A DNA stretch of 64,000 nucleotides from Methylococcaceae bacterium. GTDB taxonomy: Bacteria; Patescibacteriota; Microgenomatia; UBA1400; PJMF01. Location: assembly GCA_044370175.1 (NCBI GenBank), contig JBILVZ010000001.1, positions 43,579-107,578 of the forward strand, read 5' to 3'. Below the pieces are notes generated by a model, which was not told where the DNA came from, searched no databases, and saw only the letters and a program-made list of their open reading frames with translations. A program made the translations under genes and the position numbers. Shown here one piece after another: positions 47,265 to 57,700 of this stretch. How positions within the stretch are numbered: the stretch's first letter is position 1; each line of letters begins with the position of its first letter.

Positions 47265-47969
47265 ATGTATGGTATAATTACCAGCTTGCCTATGCCAAAT
47301 CATACCCCTGAATCTCTTACCCCTAGACGTTCTCAAGAACCTGGATGTCAAGTAGAACGCATTATCGAACGAGCTGTATCAGTTTCTTTGCAAGGAATAC
47401 AAATAGAGCATAATGACCAATATGAAGCGATTAAAGCATATCTTGTTGCGGTCATATATAAGCAGTACCAAGGTATGCATGCTGAACATACTACCCATGC
47501 TGATTTCAGTTTTGAATATTTTTTAAAGCAAGTGCATCTTGCAGTTGCATCTGATGATCAGACATTGCAAAACGATATGCGATCTCTGCTGATTGCCAGT
47601 GGAGTTATCGAGGATACCATATCGTGGATGCAGAGGATCGTAAAAAATATAACTGCTACCTCCAACCAGGGTTCCGTATGTATTCAGGCACTCATGCAGC
47701 CTGATATTTTGTTGGATAAAACTTGTACTTTCATACCTAAACCACCGTATGAGCTCTCACCAAAATACCTATCTCAGGAGCTCCATTTGAGGGCGACACA
47801 CATACCTTCTGACTATCCTCCACTTGTCTACTGGCCATTAACTCAAGATGAACATCTGTATGTTTTTTTTGTATTAGGACTATACAGTCAACCATCAGCA
47901 ATTGAGTGGAGTGTACTTGAACTTCTTGCTGAGACAGAGACTGATTCTTATACACAAATAACTACTTGA
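47265..47969 (+). CDS. hypothetical protein
   Basis: 234-aa ORF divergent from 45957..47201. No motif recognised. Confidence 0.4.
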   Translation: MYGIITSLPMPNHTPESLTPRRSQEPGCQVERIIERAVSVSLQGIQIEHNDQYEAIKAYLVAVIYKQYQGMHAEHTTHADFSFEYFLKQVHLAVASDDQTLQNDMRSLLIASGVIEDTISWMQRIVKNITATSNQGSVCIQALMQPDILLDKTCTFIPKPPYELSPKYLSQELHLRATHIPSDYPPLVYWPLTQDEHLYVFFVLGLYSQPSAIEWSVLELLAETETDSYTQITT

Positions 47970-47989
47970 GCTCTATGAACAAACCAACA

Positions 47990-48020
47990 GACCTCCCCGA
48001 GGGGAGGTCCGTTTTGTATT
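47990..48020. terminator. bidirectional rho-independent terminator
   Basis: GACCTCCCC-ga-GGGGAGGTC, a perfect 9-bp stem, followed by CGTTTTGTATT on the plus strand. Between the convergent hypothetical gene and groEL. Confidence 0.6.
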
Positions 48021-48052
48021 GAGTAGTTACTCACTATTTTTTAGCCAACCAC

Positions 48053-49675
48053 CTACATCATGCCACCCATGTCAGGCGCACCTGCTGGGGCTTTTTTGTC
48101 TTCTGGAACATCAGTGACCAAGCAGTCAGTAGTCAAGATCATCGAGCCGATTGACTCTGAAAACTGTAGTGCAGACATAGCTACTTTTGCTGGTTCAATT
48201 ACTCCAGCTTTGATCATATCGCCATATTCATTGGTGATGACGTTAAAACCAAACGTAGGCTCATCTTGTTGTTTGATTTTGTAGATAACTTCACCCTCAT
48301 CTACCCCAGAGTTGCGTGCCAACATTCGCAATGGTTGTTCGAGCACTTCTTTGATGAGAGCAACTCCCACTCCTTCGTCATAACTTGCTGATTTGAGGTT
48401 CTGCAAGACTTTACCTGCTTGGATGTAGGTCACCCCACCACCTGGGATGATACCTTCATCAATTGCAGCTTTTAGAGCTTCTTTAGCATCTTTGACGCGT
48501 TCCTGCAGGTTCTTCATCTCGGTCTCGCTGGCAGCTCCAACCTGGATGACAGCAACTCCACCGGTCAGCTTAGCTTTACGCTCAGTCATTTTTTCTTTAT
48601 CAAAGTCTGAGGTTGCTTTTTCAATCTGAGCTTCAATTTGAGCGACACGGCCATCAATATCACTTTGGGCACCTTTGCCGCCAACTACCACTGTTTCATC
48701 TTTGGTAGAGCGCACCATGTCAGCACGACCCAAGTCTTCGACGGAAGCATCTTTAAGTGAGCGACCAGTTTCGGTAGCAATCAGATTGGCACCAGTCAAT
48801 ATAGCAATGTCTTGGAGCATTTCTTTTTTGCGATCACCAAACCCAGGAGCTTTGACTGCTAAAACATTAAATGCACCGCGTAGTTTATTGACTACCAGAG
48901 TGGTCAGCGCTTCTCCATCAATATCATCTGCGATTAACACGAGATCTTTAGAGATCTTCATGAATCCTTCAAGTAAAGGCAAAAGATCTTGAATGCTCGA
49001 GATTTTTTGATCAGTGACCAAGATGTATGGGTTCTTGATTTCTGATTCCATACTGTCGGCATTAGTCACAAAATATGCTGAAGCATAGCCCTTATCGAGG
49101 ATCATGCCTTTTTTGTGATCGATCGTGATCTCTAAGGTCTTGCCTTCTTCTACTTCAAGAACACCATCTTTACCAACCAACTTGAGTGCTTCTGCTACCT
49201 TTTTACCAATTATTTCATTTTGTGCAGAAATGGTCGCAACCTTTTCCCAATCAGATTCTTTGACAGGTTTTGCCAAGCGGCGAATTTCTGCCACCACTGC
49301 ATCTACTGCTTTATCCATACCACGCTTCATCAGCATTGGGTTGACTCCAGCAGTGACGTACTTCATGCCTTTGACTGCAATCTGCTGAGCCAATAGTGTG
49401 GCAGTCGTAGTACCATCGCCTGCAGCCTCGTTGGTTTTACTAGCTGCTTCTTTGACGAGCTGAGCACCCATATTCTCAAATTTATCTTCAAGTGAAATCT
49501 CCTTGGCAACACTCACACCATCGTGTAAGACAGTTGGGGCACCCCATGGCTTATCAATTGCCACGTTACGTCCCTTTGGACCTAGTGTTGTGGTTACTGC
49601 ATTGGCAAGTTTTGTAATACCTGCAAGCATTTTTTGTCTTGCATCATCTCCAAAAGCTAATTGTTTTGCTGGCAT
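48053..49675 (-). CDS. groL: chaperonin GroEL (Cpn60)
   Basis: 540 aa. ..AAGDGTTTATLLAQ.., C-terminal GGMM tail. Confidence 0.95.
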   Translation of the reverse strand: MPAKQLAFGDDARQKMLAGITKLANAVTTTLGPKGRNVAIDKPWGAPTVLHDGVSVAKEISLEDKFENMGAQLVKEAASKTNEAAGDGTTTATLLAQQIAVKGMKYVTAGVNPMLMKRGMDKAVDAVVAEIRRLAKPVKESDWEKVATISAQNEIIGKKVAEALKLVGKDGVLEVEEGKTLEITIDHKKGMILDKGYASAYFVTNADSMESEIKNPYILVTDQKISSIQDLLPLLEGFMKISKDLVLIADDIDGEALTTLVVNKLRGAFNVLAVKAPGFGDRKKEMLQDIAILTGANLIATETGRSLKDASVEDLGRADMVRSTKDETVVVGGKGAQSDIDGRVAQIEAQIEKATSDFDKEKMTERKAKLTGGVAVIQVGAASETEMKNLQERVKDAKEALKAAIDEGIIPGGGVTYIQAGKVLQNLKSASYDEGVGVALIKEVLEQPLRMLARNSGVDEGEVIYKIKQQDEPTFGFNVITNEYGDMIKAGVIEPAKVAMSALQFSESIGSMILTTDCLVTDVPEDKKAPAGAPDMGGMM

Positions 49676-49727
49676 ATCTTCCTTTCAAATCTTTATATCT
49701 TGTTTTTAAAATACGTATGTACTACGG

Positions 49728-50036
49728 TTACTGTTGGACTACTGCCAACAAATCTTCAAACTTGAGAAATTGATACTCGGTATCACCAATTTTAAACTCA
49801 GTCCCCCCCCATTTTTTGTAGATAACTTGTTCTTTTTCTTTGACTGGACAAGCAATTTTTGCTCCATCATCCATGACAGCATCTCCACAAGCAACAACCG
49901 TACCGTGCTGTGGTTTTTCATTGTCAGAATCGGGTAAATAAATACCGGAAGCAGTTTTGGTCTGCTTTTGTGCAGGTTCTACCAGCACGTAGCCTGGTAG
50001 TGGCTTAATTTTTGATACAGGAATAGATTGAAACAT
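49728..50036 (-). CDS. groS: co-chaperonin GroES (Cpn10)
   Basis: 102 aa. ..IKPLPGYVLVE..ASGIYLPDS.. mobile loop, ..GTVVACGD.. Confidence 0.9.
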   Translation of the reverse strand: MFQSIPVSKIKPLPGYVLVEPAQKQTKTASGIYLPDSDNEKPQHGTVVACGDAVMDDGAKIACPVKEKEQVIYKKWGGTEFKIGDTEYQFLKFEDLLAVVQQ

Positions 50037-50067
50037 AGAACTCCTTTATATACAAAGTATATTGGTA

Positions 50068-50120
50068 TGTACTTATTTTAGCAGTCTTTTGTTTCAGCTG
50101 CTATCAGCAGATAATATAAA
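50068..50120. promoter_or_regulatory. CIRCE-like inverted repeat with extended spacer upstream of groES
   Basis: TTAGCAGTCTTTT-(27 nt)-AAAAGACTGCTAA. Perfect 13-bp arms. The 9-bp core arms TTAGCAGTC/GACTGCTAA are each one mismatch from the CIRCE consensus, but the spacer is 35 nt instead of 9. Located 32-84 nt upstream of the groES start. A nested small palindrome CAGCTGCTATCAGCAG sits in the spacer. Confidence 0.45.
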
Positions 50121-50155
50121 AGACTGCTAATGACCTGTCAACAAGCAAGTATGAC

Positions 50156-50800
50156 TTATTGGGACAAAGTGGGAGGAACTTGCTGTGGGGCAAGGCCTTC
50201 AATGATGGATGGGTGCTCAACAATCAGCTCGGCATGACCATCTTTTTGACGGCGAATGGTGGAAAGTAAAAATCCTTCGCAATTGAGACCTCTTGTTGCA
50301 AAGTATTGATTGAGCTCTTCTTGCACAAGCGCCTCAACTTTGCTGCGGTTTTGTTTAATTTGATCAAGTGTGAGATCAGCAAAAACACTGGCGATTCGGC
50401 TACGGGAGATCGGGCGGACAAGTTTGGAGACAACATTCTCGCCTAAGTTTTCCCACATTTCTGGAGCATTGATTTTATCAATTCTAAAAAGCACTGAACC
50501 CTCCACTTCGATGTCTTCTCCATCGTAGGTGGTGGTCATGACAGGGGTGTCACCAAGCGCCTCTTTATTGGGTGAAAACTCAAATCCTTCACGAATTGAA
50601 TATTCAAGAATTTGTGCATTAAAAAGTTTTGCGACCTGCCAAAAGGGAAGTTTAAAATGGAGCCCAGGACCCCAGACTTTATTGAGTACTCCTCGACCAC
50701 GGTCGTAGACACAAGCAACATGACCTGGAGGCACAGAAATAAAAAATCCTCCTACAACTTCGTCAACCAAGAAGGAAACCACCAATTTATCAAATTCCAT
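50156..50800 (-). CDS. SPFH/band-7 (stomatin/prohibitin/HflKC-like) domain protein
   Basis: 214 aa. ..VPPGHVACVYDRGRGVLNKVWGPGLHFKLPFWQ..VMTTTYDGEDIEVEGSVLFRI.. A typical SPFH core. Confidence 0.6.
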   Translation of the reverse strand: MEFDKLVVSFLVDEVVGGFFISVPPGHVACVYDRGRGVLNKVWGPGLHFKLPFWQVAKLFNAQILEYSIREGFEFSPNKEALGDTPVMTTTYDGEDIEVEGSVLFRIDKINAPEMWENLGENVVSKLVRPISRSRIASVFADLTLDQIKQNRSKVEALVQEELNQYFATRGLNCEGFLLSTIRRQKDGHAELIVEHPSIIEGLAPQQVPPTLSQ

Positions 50801-50861
50801 AGAAGTCCTTAACCCCTATATTGTACCCTAATTCACCACAAAAAGGAAAAGCTGACGGATA

Positions 50862-51674
50862 TTACTTCACCTCTACCACTACTTGCTCCTGGCCATCTGC
50901 TGCGGCAGCTTCTCTGGCAGCTACTTTTTCACGGTACTTTTCAAAACGGTACTGAATCGTCTTTATTGAGTTGAGAATAATACTAATAATCAGCGTCGTG
51001 ATGATAAAGATTTTTTTGCCAGCCGGCAGACCTAAAAAGATAAAAAATGAAACAATCGGCAAGATAAACTGTAAGCGTACAAACTGTTTTTTTGAGATTG
51101 GTGTTTTAGCACCAAGCATCAGAATCGTCTCCAAAATAAAAATTAAGCTCGACTGCAGTATATTAAGCTGCATTGCAGGCCAATCAATTTTCCAATTGTT
51201 GATTGGAGCATGGGTCAGGTCATACTTTCCTAAGAATACCAAATTGAAGGGAGTTTCTATATCAGGCATAAAGGGATACAACAGGTGGAGATCTTTGCCA
51301 CTCAGTCCCAAGTTGAAAATCCGCCAGAGCATAAGCGCAACTACAACCTGGACAAGAAGATTAAACGTCTCTGCCAAGAGTACCCGCTTATTGGTTTTGA
51401 TCACTTCCCTTTTTGCCTCTCGGTAAGCAATAGGATCACTACTGTGAGCTTCTTCAATCTGTTTTATCTGCTCAGTGATCTCATGGCGGTCTGTTTCTGA
51501 TTTTGCTTCAGCTAGAGAAAGTGGATACAAGATCACTCTAATCACTATGGTGAGCAAAATAACTGCCACTCCCATGTCGCCATTACCTTGAGTGACCATG
51601 TCGAGCACCCAATAGAAAAAAGTGAGCAGATTAAAAAATGGCTGGTATATAAAAAGAACAAAGTAATGGATCAT
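50862..51674 (-). CDS. yidC: membrane protein insertase YidC/Oxa1 family (short form)
   Basis: 270 aa. ..GDMGVAVILLTIVIRVILYPLSLAEAKS.. matches the YidC TM2 signature. Four more hydrophobic helices and a basic C-terminal tail. Confidence 0.65.
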   Translation of the reverse strand: MIHYFVLFIYQPFFNLLTFFYWVLDMVTQGNGDMGVAVILLTIVIRVILYPLSLAEAKSETDRHEITEQIKQIEEAHSSDPIAYREAKREVIKTNKRVLLAETFNLLVQVVVALMLWRIFNLGLSGKDLHLLYPFMPDIETPFNLVFLGKYDLTHAPINNWKIDWPAMQLNILQSSLIFILETILMLGAKTPISKKQFVRLQFILPIVSFFIFLGLPAGKKIFIITTLIISIILNSIKTIQYRFEKYREKVAAREAAAADGQEQVVVEVK

Positions 51675-51677
51675 GGG

Positions 51678-52031
51678 CTAGCTAGATATTTTTTTGTTTT
51701 GGTACAACAAACCGTGGAACATATCTACTGTATCACGAAGCGAGACAATAAGGTCTTTGGAAAGTTGTAGTGTTTCATCATCAAAACTCAGTTCTGAAAG
51801 GGTGGCGTTTGATTCTTGCACAATGGAGTCCAGCGCGTGGTTGATAAAGTCACCATGCTCCTGCGCCCAAGCTCTGCGCTTTCTCTCGGGCATATGTGCA
51901 ACGCGCTCTAAAACTTTAGAGATCTCCTGCAACTCATGTGCTTTGAGATAGAGCGTAAACTTGACTGAACTTGGTTTGCTATTTTGTAACAGCGTGGTTG
52001 TCTCTTCGTCCATACGCCTATTATATAACAT
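51678..52031 (-). CDS. hypothetical protein
   Basis: 117-aa ORF immediately upstream of yidC on the same strand. Confidence 0.35.
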   Translation of the reverse strand: MLYNRRMDEETTTLLQNSKPSSVKFTLYLKAHELQEISKVLERVAHMPERKRRAWAQEHGDFINHALDSIVQESNATLSELSFDDETLQLSKDLIVSLRDTVDMFHGLLYQNKKISS

Positions 52032-52095
52032 ACTTTACCCGTAAAATCTGCTCAAGAAATTGTAAGGATTGTAGAGCACGGTATAATACTGCTAC

Positions 52096-53220
52096 ATGAA
52101 AATTATACAACTTGCACACACACCCCAAGAAGTAGTCATAGAGACAACCTGTGCTGTCTTGGCAGCTGGAGGTTTAGTGATTTTTCCTACCGAGACCACG
52201 TATGGCGCTGGAGTAGATGCTACCAACCAAACAGCGGTTGATAAACTACTTACCTATAAGTCGCGCCGTGAAGGAAAGCCTCTCTCGATTGCAGTAACCT
52301 CTCAAGAAATGGCAGAAAAATACGTAGTTCTCAATGACCAAGCACGTGCACTCTACGAGCAGTTTTTACCCGGCCCTGTGACCGTTGTTTCCCAAGATAA
52401 GGGAGTTGTGGCACAAGGAGTAGCCTCTGAGTTTGGGACTGTCGGGGTGCGTATCCCAGACTATCCACTGCTACTTAAACTACTTACGGTATACGGCAAG
52501 CCGATGACTGCCACTTCCGCCAATGGCTCTGGTCAAAAACGTCCCTACGCAATTCAAGATATCTTTGCCAACCTTTCTGAAAAGCAGAAAAACTTGATTG
52601 ACTTAGTGCTTGATGCTGGCACTTTGCCTGAAAATCCCCCCTCCACAGTGATTGATACCACCCTTTCTACACCAGTAACACTCCGTCAGGGTGATATTGA
52701 ACTTCAAACAGCCGTCGGCAAAAGCGGCACTGCGTATGAGCTTCGTTCTCAAAGCGAAGCAGAAACAAAAAGTATTGCAGGACGCCTTGTATTGAAGCAC
52801 TGGGATACAGTTGTAAAAAGAGGTCTCGTGATTGGACTTGATGGTCCACTGGGCGCTGGTAAAACTGTTTTTGCTAAAGGTGTGGCAGAGTTTTTGCAGA
52901 TTACTGACCTTCTCACCTCACCCACCTATACCTACAGTGAAGAATATGAGTATACCCGTCATCAAACAACAGGCAAGCTGTATCACTTAGATATGTGGAA
53001 AGTTGATTCTCAAGCAATTTTTGAAAAACTAGAGCTTGCAGCTTCACTCAAGCCTGGGACTGTGATGGTGATTGAGTGGTGGTCACAGATTGCCGCATAC
53101 TTCCAGCCCATCCTTACCGACCAAAGCGTGCCTGTGGTTACTGTTCTTTTAAACGAACAAGCTACTCCACTTGCAGATACAACTGCCCCACGTCTTTTAC
53201 AGATTCGGGAGACTACATGA
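52096..53220 (+). CDS. fused TsaC (Sua5/YrdC, threonylcarbamoyl-AMP synthase) - TsaE (YjeE P-loop ATPase) protein
   Basis: Residues 1-200 have the YrdC fold motifs (..VIFPTETTYGAGVDA..KSRREGKPLSIA..LPGPVTVV..SANGSGQ..). Residues 230-374 are TsaE-like (..GLDGPLGAGKTVFAKG..LTSPTYTY..YHLDMWKV..). The stop overlaps the tsaD start (ATGA). Confidence 0.7.
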   Translation: MKIIQLAHTPQEVVIETTCAVLAAGGLVIFPTETTYGAGVDATNQTAVDKLLTYKSRREGKPLSIAVTSQEMAEKYVVLNDQARALYEQFLPGPVTVVSQDKGVVAQGVASEFGTVGVRIPDYPLLLKLLTVYGKPMTATSANGSGQKRPYAIQDIFANLSEKQKNLIDLVLDAGTLPENPPSTVIDTTLSTPVTLRQGDIELQTAVGKSGTAYELRSQSEAETKSIAGRLVLKHWDTVVKRGLVIGLDGPLGAGKTVFAKGVAEFLQITDLLTSPTYTYSEEYEYTRHQTTGKLYHLDMWKVDSQAIFEKLELAASLKPGTVMVIEWWSQIAAYFQPILTDQSVPVVTVLLNEQATPLADTTAPRLLQIRETT

Positions 53221-54413
53221 AATTGGGTCTCATTCTGGCAATTGATACTTCTTGTGATGACACCAGTGTTGCAGTGACCTGTGGGACTCAGGTTCTTTCC
53301 AATGTAATTGCCTCACAGACCCAACTACACAAGCCGTATGGTGGGGTATTCCCCACCGTTGCTAAACTAGCACATAGAGAAAATATTGATAAAACGGTGG
53401 CAATAGCGCTCAAACGAGCACACGTTTCTATGGCTGATATCGCTGCTTTAGCAGTGACCGTTGGTCCCGGACTTGCTCCAGCACTTGAAGTGGGCATTGC
53501 TGCTGCAAAAGCTCTGGCACAGACTCATGCAAAACCACTGATTGCTTGTAATCACCTAGAGGGGCATCTGCTCTCGGTGCTGGCAGAACCACTCAGCGGT
53601 TCTGCTCGAAAACAAGCCTTCAGCACAACCCTTCTTGAGCAAGACCAACTGCTCCTTCCTGCAGATGACTTGAAAGTAAAACTCCCTGCACTCTCACTTA
53701 TCATTTCAGGAGGAAATACCTTGTTTGTGTTGGTTAAAGATGTAGGTACGTATGAAGTTCTTGGTAGAACACTTGACGACGCTGCAGGTGAGTGTTTGGA
53801 TAAGATTGGACGGATGCTCAACTTAGGATACCCGGCTGGACCAGTTATGGAAGAGTTTGCAAGGTTAGGAAATAAAGACGCCTATCCGTTTCCCCTTCCA
53901 CTGACAACTGTTAAAACCTATGACGTGAGTTTTTCAGGAATGAAGACGTTTGCTCGCAACTTGTTGGATACACTAACCGCAGAACGACCACTTAATCGTC
54001 AAGAAATGTACGACTTTTGTGCGAGTGCTCAACAAGGCGTATTTAGACATATTTGTTATAAACTCACCAAGATTTTGGAAGATCTCTATGCGCAAGCGTA
54101 TACAAAAAACTATGCAAACGTAGCATTTTCTTCTCAGCAAAATAAAGATTTTGCCGTCCAGGGAGTCTGGCTGGGTGGTGGTGTTGCAGCAAATATGACG
54201 CTGCGCAAGATGTTGCGCGATACACTACGCAACTTCACTCAAAAGAATTCACTTACTTCACTGAGACTGCGTACCCCGTATACTAAGAGACTCTGTGCTG
54301 ATAATGCAGCGATGATTGGGGTGGTGGCAGGAGTTACTGAAAAAATTCGTTTTACTGTGGAAAATCTTGCGTTTGTTGAGAGAGCTCCAAGACTACCTTT
54401 AGATGGAAACTAA
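53217..54413 (+). CDS. tsaD: tRNA N6-adenosine threonylcarbamoyltransferase TsaD (Kae1/YgjD family)
   Basis: 399 aa from ATG 53217 (MKLGLILAIDTSCDDTSVAV..). ..GGVFP.., His pair ..CNHLEGHLL.., ..SGGVAAN.. The upstream 47 codons of the listed ORF are probably not translated. Confidence 0.85.
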   Translation: MKLGLILAIDTSCDDTSVAVTCGTQVLSNVIASQTQLHKPYGGVFPTVAKLAHRENIDKTVAIALKRAHVSMADIAALAVTVGPGLAPALEVGIAAAKALAQTHAKPLIACNHLEGHLLSVLAEPLSGSARKQAFSTTLLEQDQLLLPADDLKVKLPALSLIISGGNTLFVLVKDVGTYEVLGRTLDDAAGECLDKIGRMLNLGYPAGPVMEEFARLGNKDAYPFPLPLTTVKTYDVSFSGMKTFARNLLDTLTAERPLNRQEMYDFCASAQQGVFRHICYKLTKILEDLYAQAYTKNYANVAFSSQQNKDFAVQGVWLGGGVAANMTLRKMLRDTLRNFTQKNSLTSLRLRTPYTKRLCADNAAMIGVVAGVTEKIRFTVENLAFVERAPRLPLDGN

Positions 54414-54730
54414 GTTGATTTTCCAGCCTTTTCGTACTCTTCTACCATTTTTTGGGTTACATCACTGCGTAGTTGTTCAATAGACATCCCAGTACGCTCT
54501 TGAAAGAGTTTTGATAATTTCTCAATGCGTTCTTCCTCTGATGCTGCATGCATTGAGTCTGGAGAAAGTATGACGTCTGCTAATTTTGCCGTGAGCTCAT
54601 CCATTACCCGGTTTGCTACTTGGCTCATAAAACGCCCCATCATAAATGCAATTGTTTCTTGAGAGAACCCTGCTTTTTCAAGATGCTCTCTCATACGATT
54701 AGCAGCAGTAATATCTACATTTTGTGACAT
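54410..54730 (-). CDS. hypothetical small protein downstream of the 1288-aa ORF
   Basis: 106-aa acidic, helical ORF starting 10 nt after the large ORF stop on the same strand. Confidence 0.4.
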   Translation of the reverse strand: MSQNVDITAANRMREHLEKAGFSQETIAFMMGRFMSQVANRVMDELTAKLADVILSPDSMHAASEEERIEKLSKLFQERTGMSIEQLRSDVTQKMVEEYEKAGKST

Positions 54731-54739
54731 ACTATATCC

Positions 54740-57700
54740 TTAATTAACTTTTGCTTGTGCATATTGTATGCGATAAGCCGAGTCATTTCCATTAAAAAGT
54801 GCTGGGTCAAAAATATTTATTGCAGCGAATGCCCCATTGATTCTCTCCGCAGACAATTGACCATTTACTGGCGTAAGCAACCCACTCACCTGAGGATTTC
54901 CTAATGCTCGGGCTAAGATCTCGTTTTGTTGAGCCACGGAAAGTTCTACAGATCTACCAGCTATGTTTACTGTCACCGGAGTCATATCACCCTCTATAAC
55001 ATGCGCTAACACAACTGCAGCTGGAGAAAGGCCAAGCCGAGCATCTGACACATCAATTGTAGTAGCTTCTTGTGGAGTAATTGGACTTTCTTGTGAATGC
55101 AGTGCATCCTGAATCCCGGCTTCAAGTTTTACTTGGGCCTGATGACCTAGCACCGCCAGCTTTAATTCATTATCAGGTTGTAATTTTTGTAATGCTTGCT
55201 CATATGGCTCTGTCATTACATGCTCGGCAAAATAATGAATCACATTTTTCCCTGCTTCATTGTTTCCCAACCGTTCTAGAATCTGAGGGTATTGTTGCCG
55301 TAATTCGCCATAGAGCGAATCAACATTTGGGTGAGCTTGTGCAAGATCTTCAGTTGCAGTAAGAGCAGTGGCAGTCTCCTTTTGTGCCGCATCCTGTGTG
55401 GCTACTGCTGTCGTAGTTTCTCCAGTAGTCGGCTGTTCACTTGGTTGTATCTCTGCTTGAGTAGCAGTTGCTGGTAAAACAGTACTTGCTTGATCATGGG
55501 TATTAGTTCTATCAAACAACCCCTCAAGCACGTCCGCATGATTTCGGGCTATTGTCTCTGCCGACCACTCAGTGCCAAGACCCCCGCCTCCCACAGCTGG
55601 GAGTGCATTGAAGCCAGTGCGTAAATCTGTGGCCAACTGATCGGCAGCAGTTGGACTACTGTAGGTAGCATAGAGTAACTTTGCCATAGCTTCAGCTTGA
55701 GCAGGTGAAGGCACAACCCCTGCTATTTCTGTAGTATTAGTCATAAACTGCATCATCTCATCATATGAAGCAAAGGTATCAGCACTGACAACTTGATCCC
55801 CATTTGAAAGATCCTGATATGGTTGATTACGTGCCTCTGCTATCGCTAGGTTGGTAGCTTTTGTCCAATCTTTAATGCCGTCTGCAACTTCAGCTACACT
55901 GACTTGTCTATGTCCTTCTGGAAGTGGTAAGCTATTCAGCTCAGTCACTACTTGGGTACTTGCCTCCTCTGCCATATGCCATATATGTGGTTCATTAAAA
56001 GTTTCTGGTTTGAGTGTTACTACTTCAGCAGGTTCAGTGAGAGCAGTTGACTCAACAGTTGGAGCTGTTTCAATAGGTTGCGCAGAGACGTTGGGAATAT
56101 CAAAAGTAGTAATAGCTCGCTGCCATAATCTCTGTGCCATGGTTGTGGCGGTTTCAGGCAATTTTTCTGTATCAATTTGTATGTTGTCCAGATCAATACT
56201 CTGTGGTTGAGATGGCTTTACATCTATAACTGGAGTATTTGACTGTGCCTCTGAGGCTGTCACAGTCTCTCTCCCATTGAAGTCATCATACGTCGTCGAT
56301 CTGACTGTATTTGCAGCAGTCACAGTAGTATCTTTGCCTGTACCAAACAGAGTTCTTACATTTTCTCCTACCAAAGAATCTTCTGAAAATGGTGGTTGCT
56401 CACCTGGTCGCAGGTCAGTTATTGGCTTGAGGTAAAAATCAGTTGTAATACTACGTGAATCTGCCTTTGCTGCCAGTGTTTCAGCAGCATGACCAGATGC
56501 TTCTAAAGCAAATCCTTGTGCATCTATTACTAGATGTGACTTTCCATTGGCATCAGGTTGTACTGTCAAGTGTATGGCATAGTCACCATTTTCTAGACCA
56601 AGGTCTGCGCTACCTGGTTCTTGATGGCCAATAAGCCACACCCCATTAGAATCGTTGGGATCACGAATTACTGAAGTACTTTCAAAATCAGCAAATGTGT
56701 GTGGGACCTCAACCATTTGACCATTGAGAGACACGTGATCTCCCCAGTTGACAACGTTTTCAGTAGGTTGGATAGCCGCAGAGTGTCCAACATTTAACGC
56801 ACTACTTTCAGCACGACTGACTGTGTGAAAACTCTCGTCGCCAGGGAATTCCCCATGATGGTTAGGATCAACTCTATAATTACGTGGAGGAGGAACAATC
56901 TCCCCAGATGGATTAGCTGCTTCTCCATGATGTTTATCTGTTGTTACTACAGCTATGCCACTGGTATGCGTATTCACATGAGTTGGTTCTACTCCTTCAG
57001 GGGTGGGAGTAGGCAACGGACTTTGTGGTTGTTCAAAGGATTCGGCAGTAAGGGTACTGAGTGGCGTAGGGACCTGACTGGTACTTTCTGGAGAAGGTGT
57101 AGCCACAGTCGTTGCGTCTTGTGTAAGTTGCTCTGTCTGAACTGGACTGTTGAGAGTATCAATTCCAGCAACCCCCAAATTAAATGCAAGTGAACCAAAT
57201 GCATATCCCAGCGAGAACTTAGCGACCTCAGCAACGCCTAATCTCCCTGCTGATAGCTTGTTTATTACATCTTCCAACTTATCAGATCCTCGGAAAAATG
57301 CTCGATAGACTTGCTCTGTTACGTTGGGATCAGTATTGTAATAATTGGCCAGCCTTCCCCGGAGATAGGCTGCCCCACCGAACGATGCTGCAGTAACCAA
57401 ACTGCTCACCATTTGAATTGTCATATTTATATTGGCAATATCAGCTTCAACACCAACCGACCGCAAACCCAGCGCTACTGCATTGACCGCCACACCTGAG
57501 CCTATACCCGCATACAGTGACTTTCCTGCTGTCAGAGCTGTTAACATTTTTTTCCACTTAGGAATACGTTGCTCTTCAGCTAAAAATCCTTCCAGTACTC
57601 TTGCTTGATCTTCACTGAGCGCTTCTTGACTCAGTTTTACGTTAATTTCTTGATCTGCAGTTATTGTTGAGCTATATCCATCATCGTTGGTAAATAGTGT

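Noticed and set aside
53076-53216. 47-codon N-terminal extension of TsaD (MVVTDCRILP..).
   Set aside because: It overlaps the 3' end of the tsaC-tsaE fusion in another frame. The conserved TsaD N-terminus begins at the ATG at 53217, which forms an ATGA overlap with the upstream stop.
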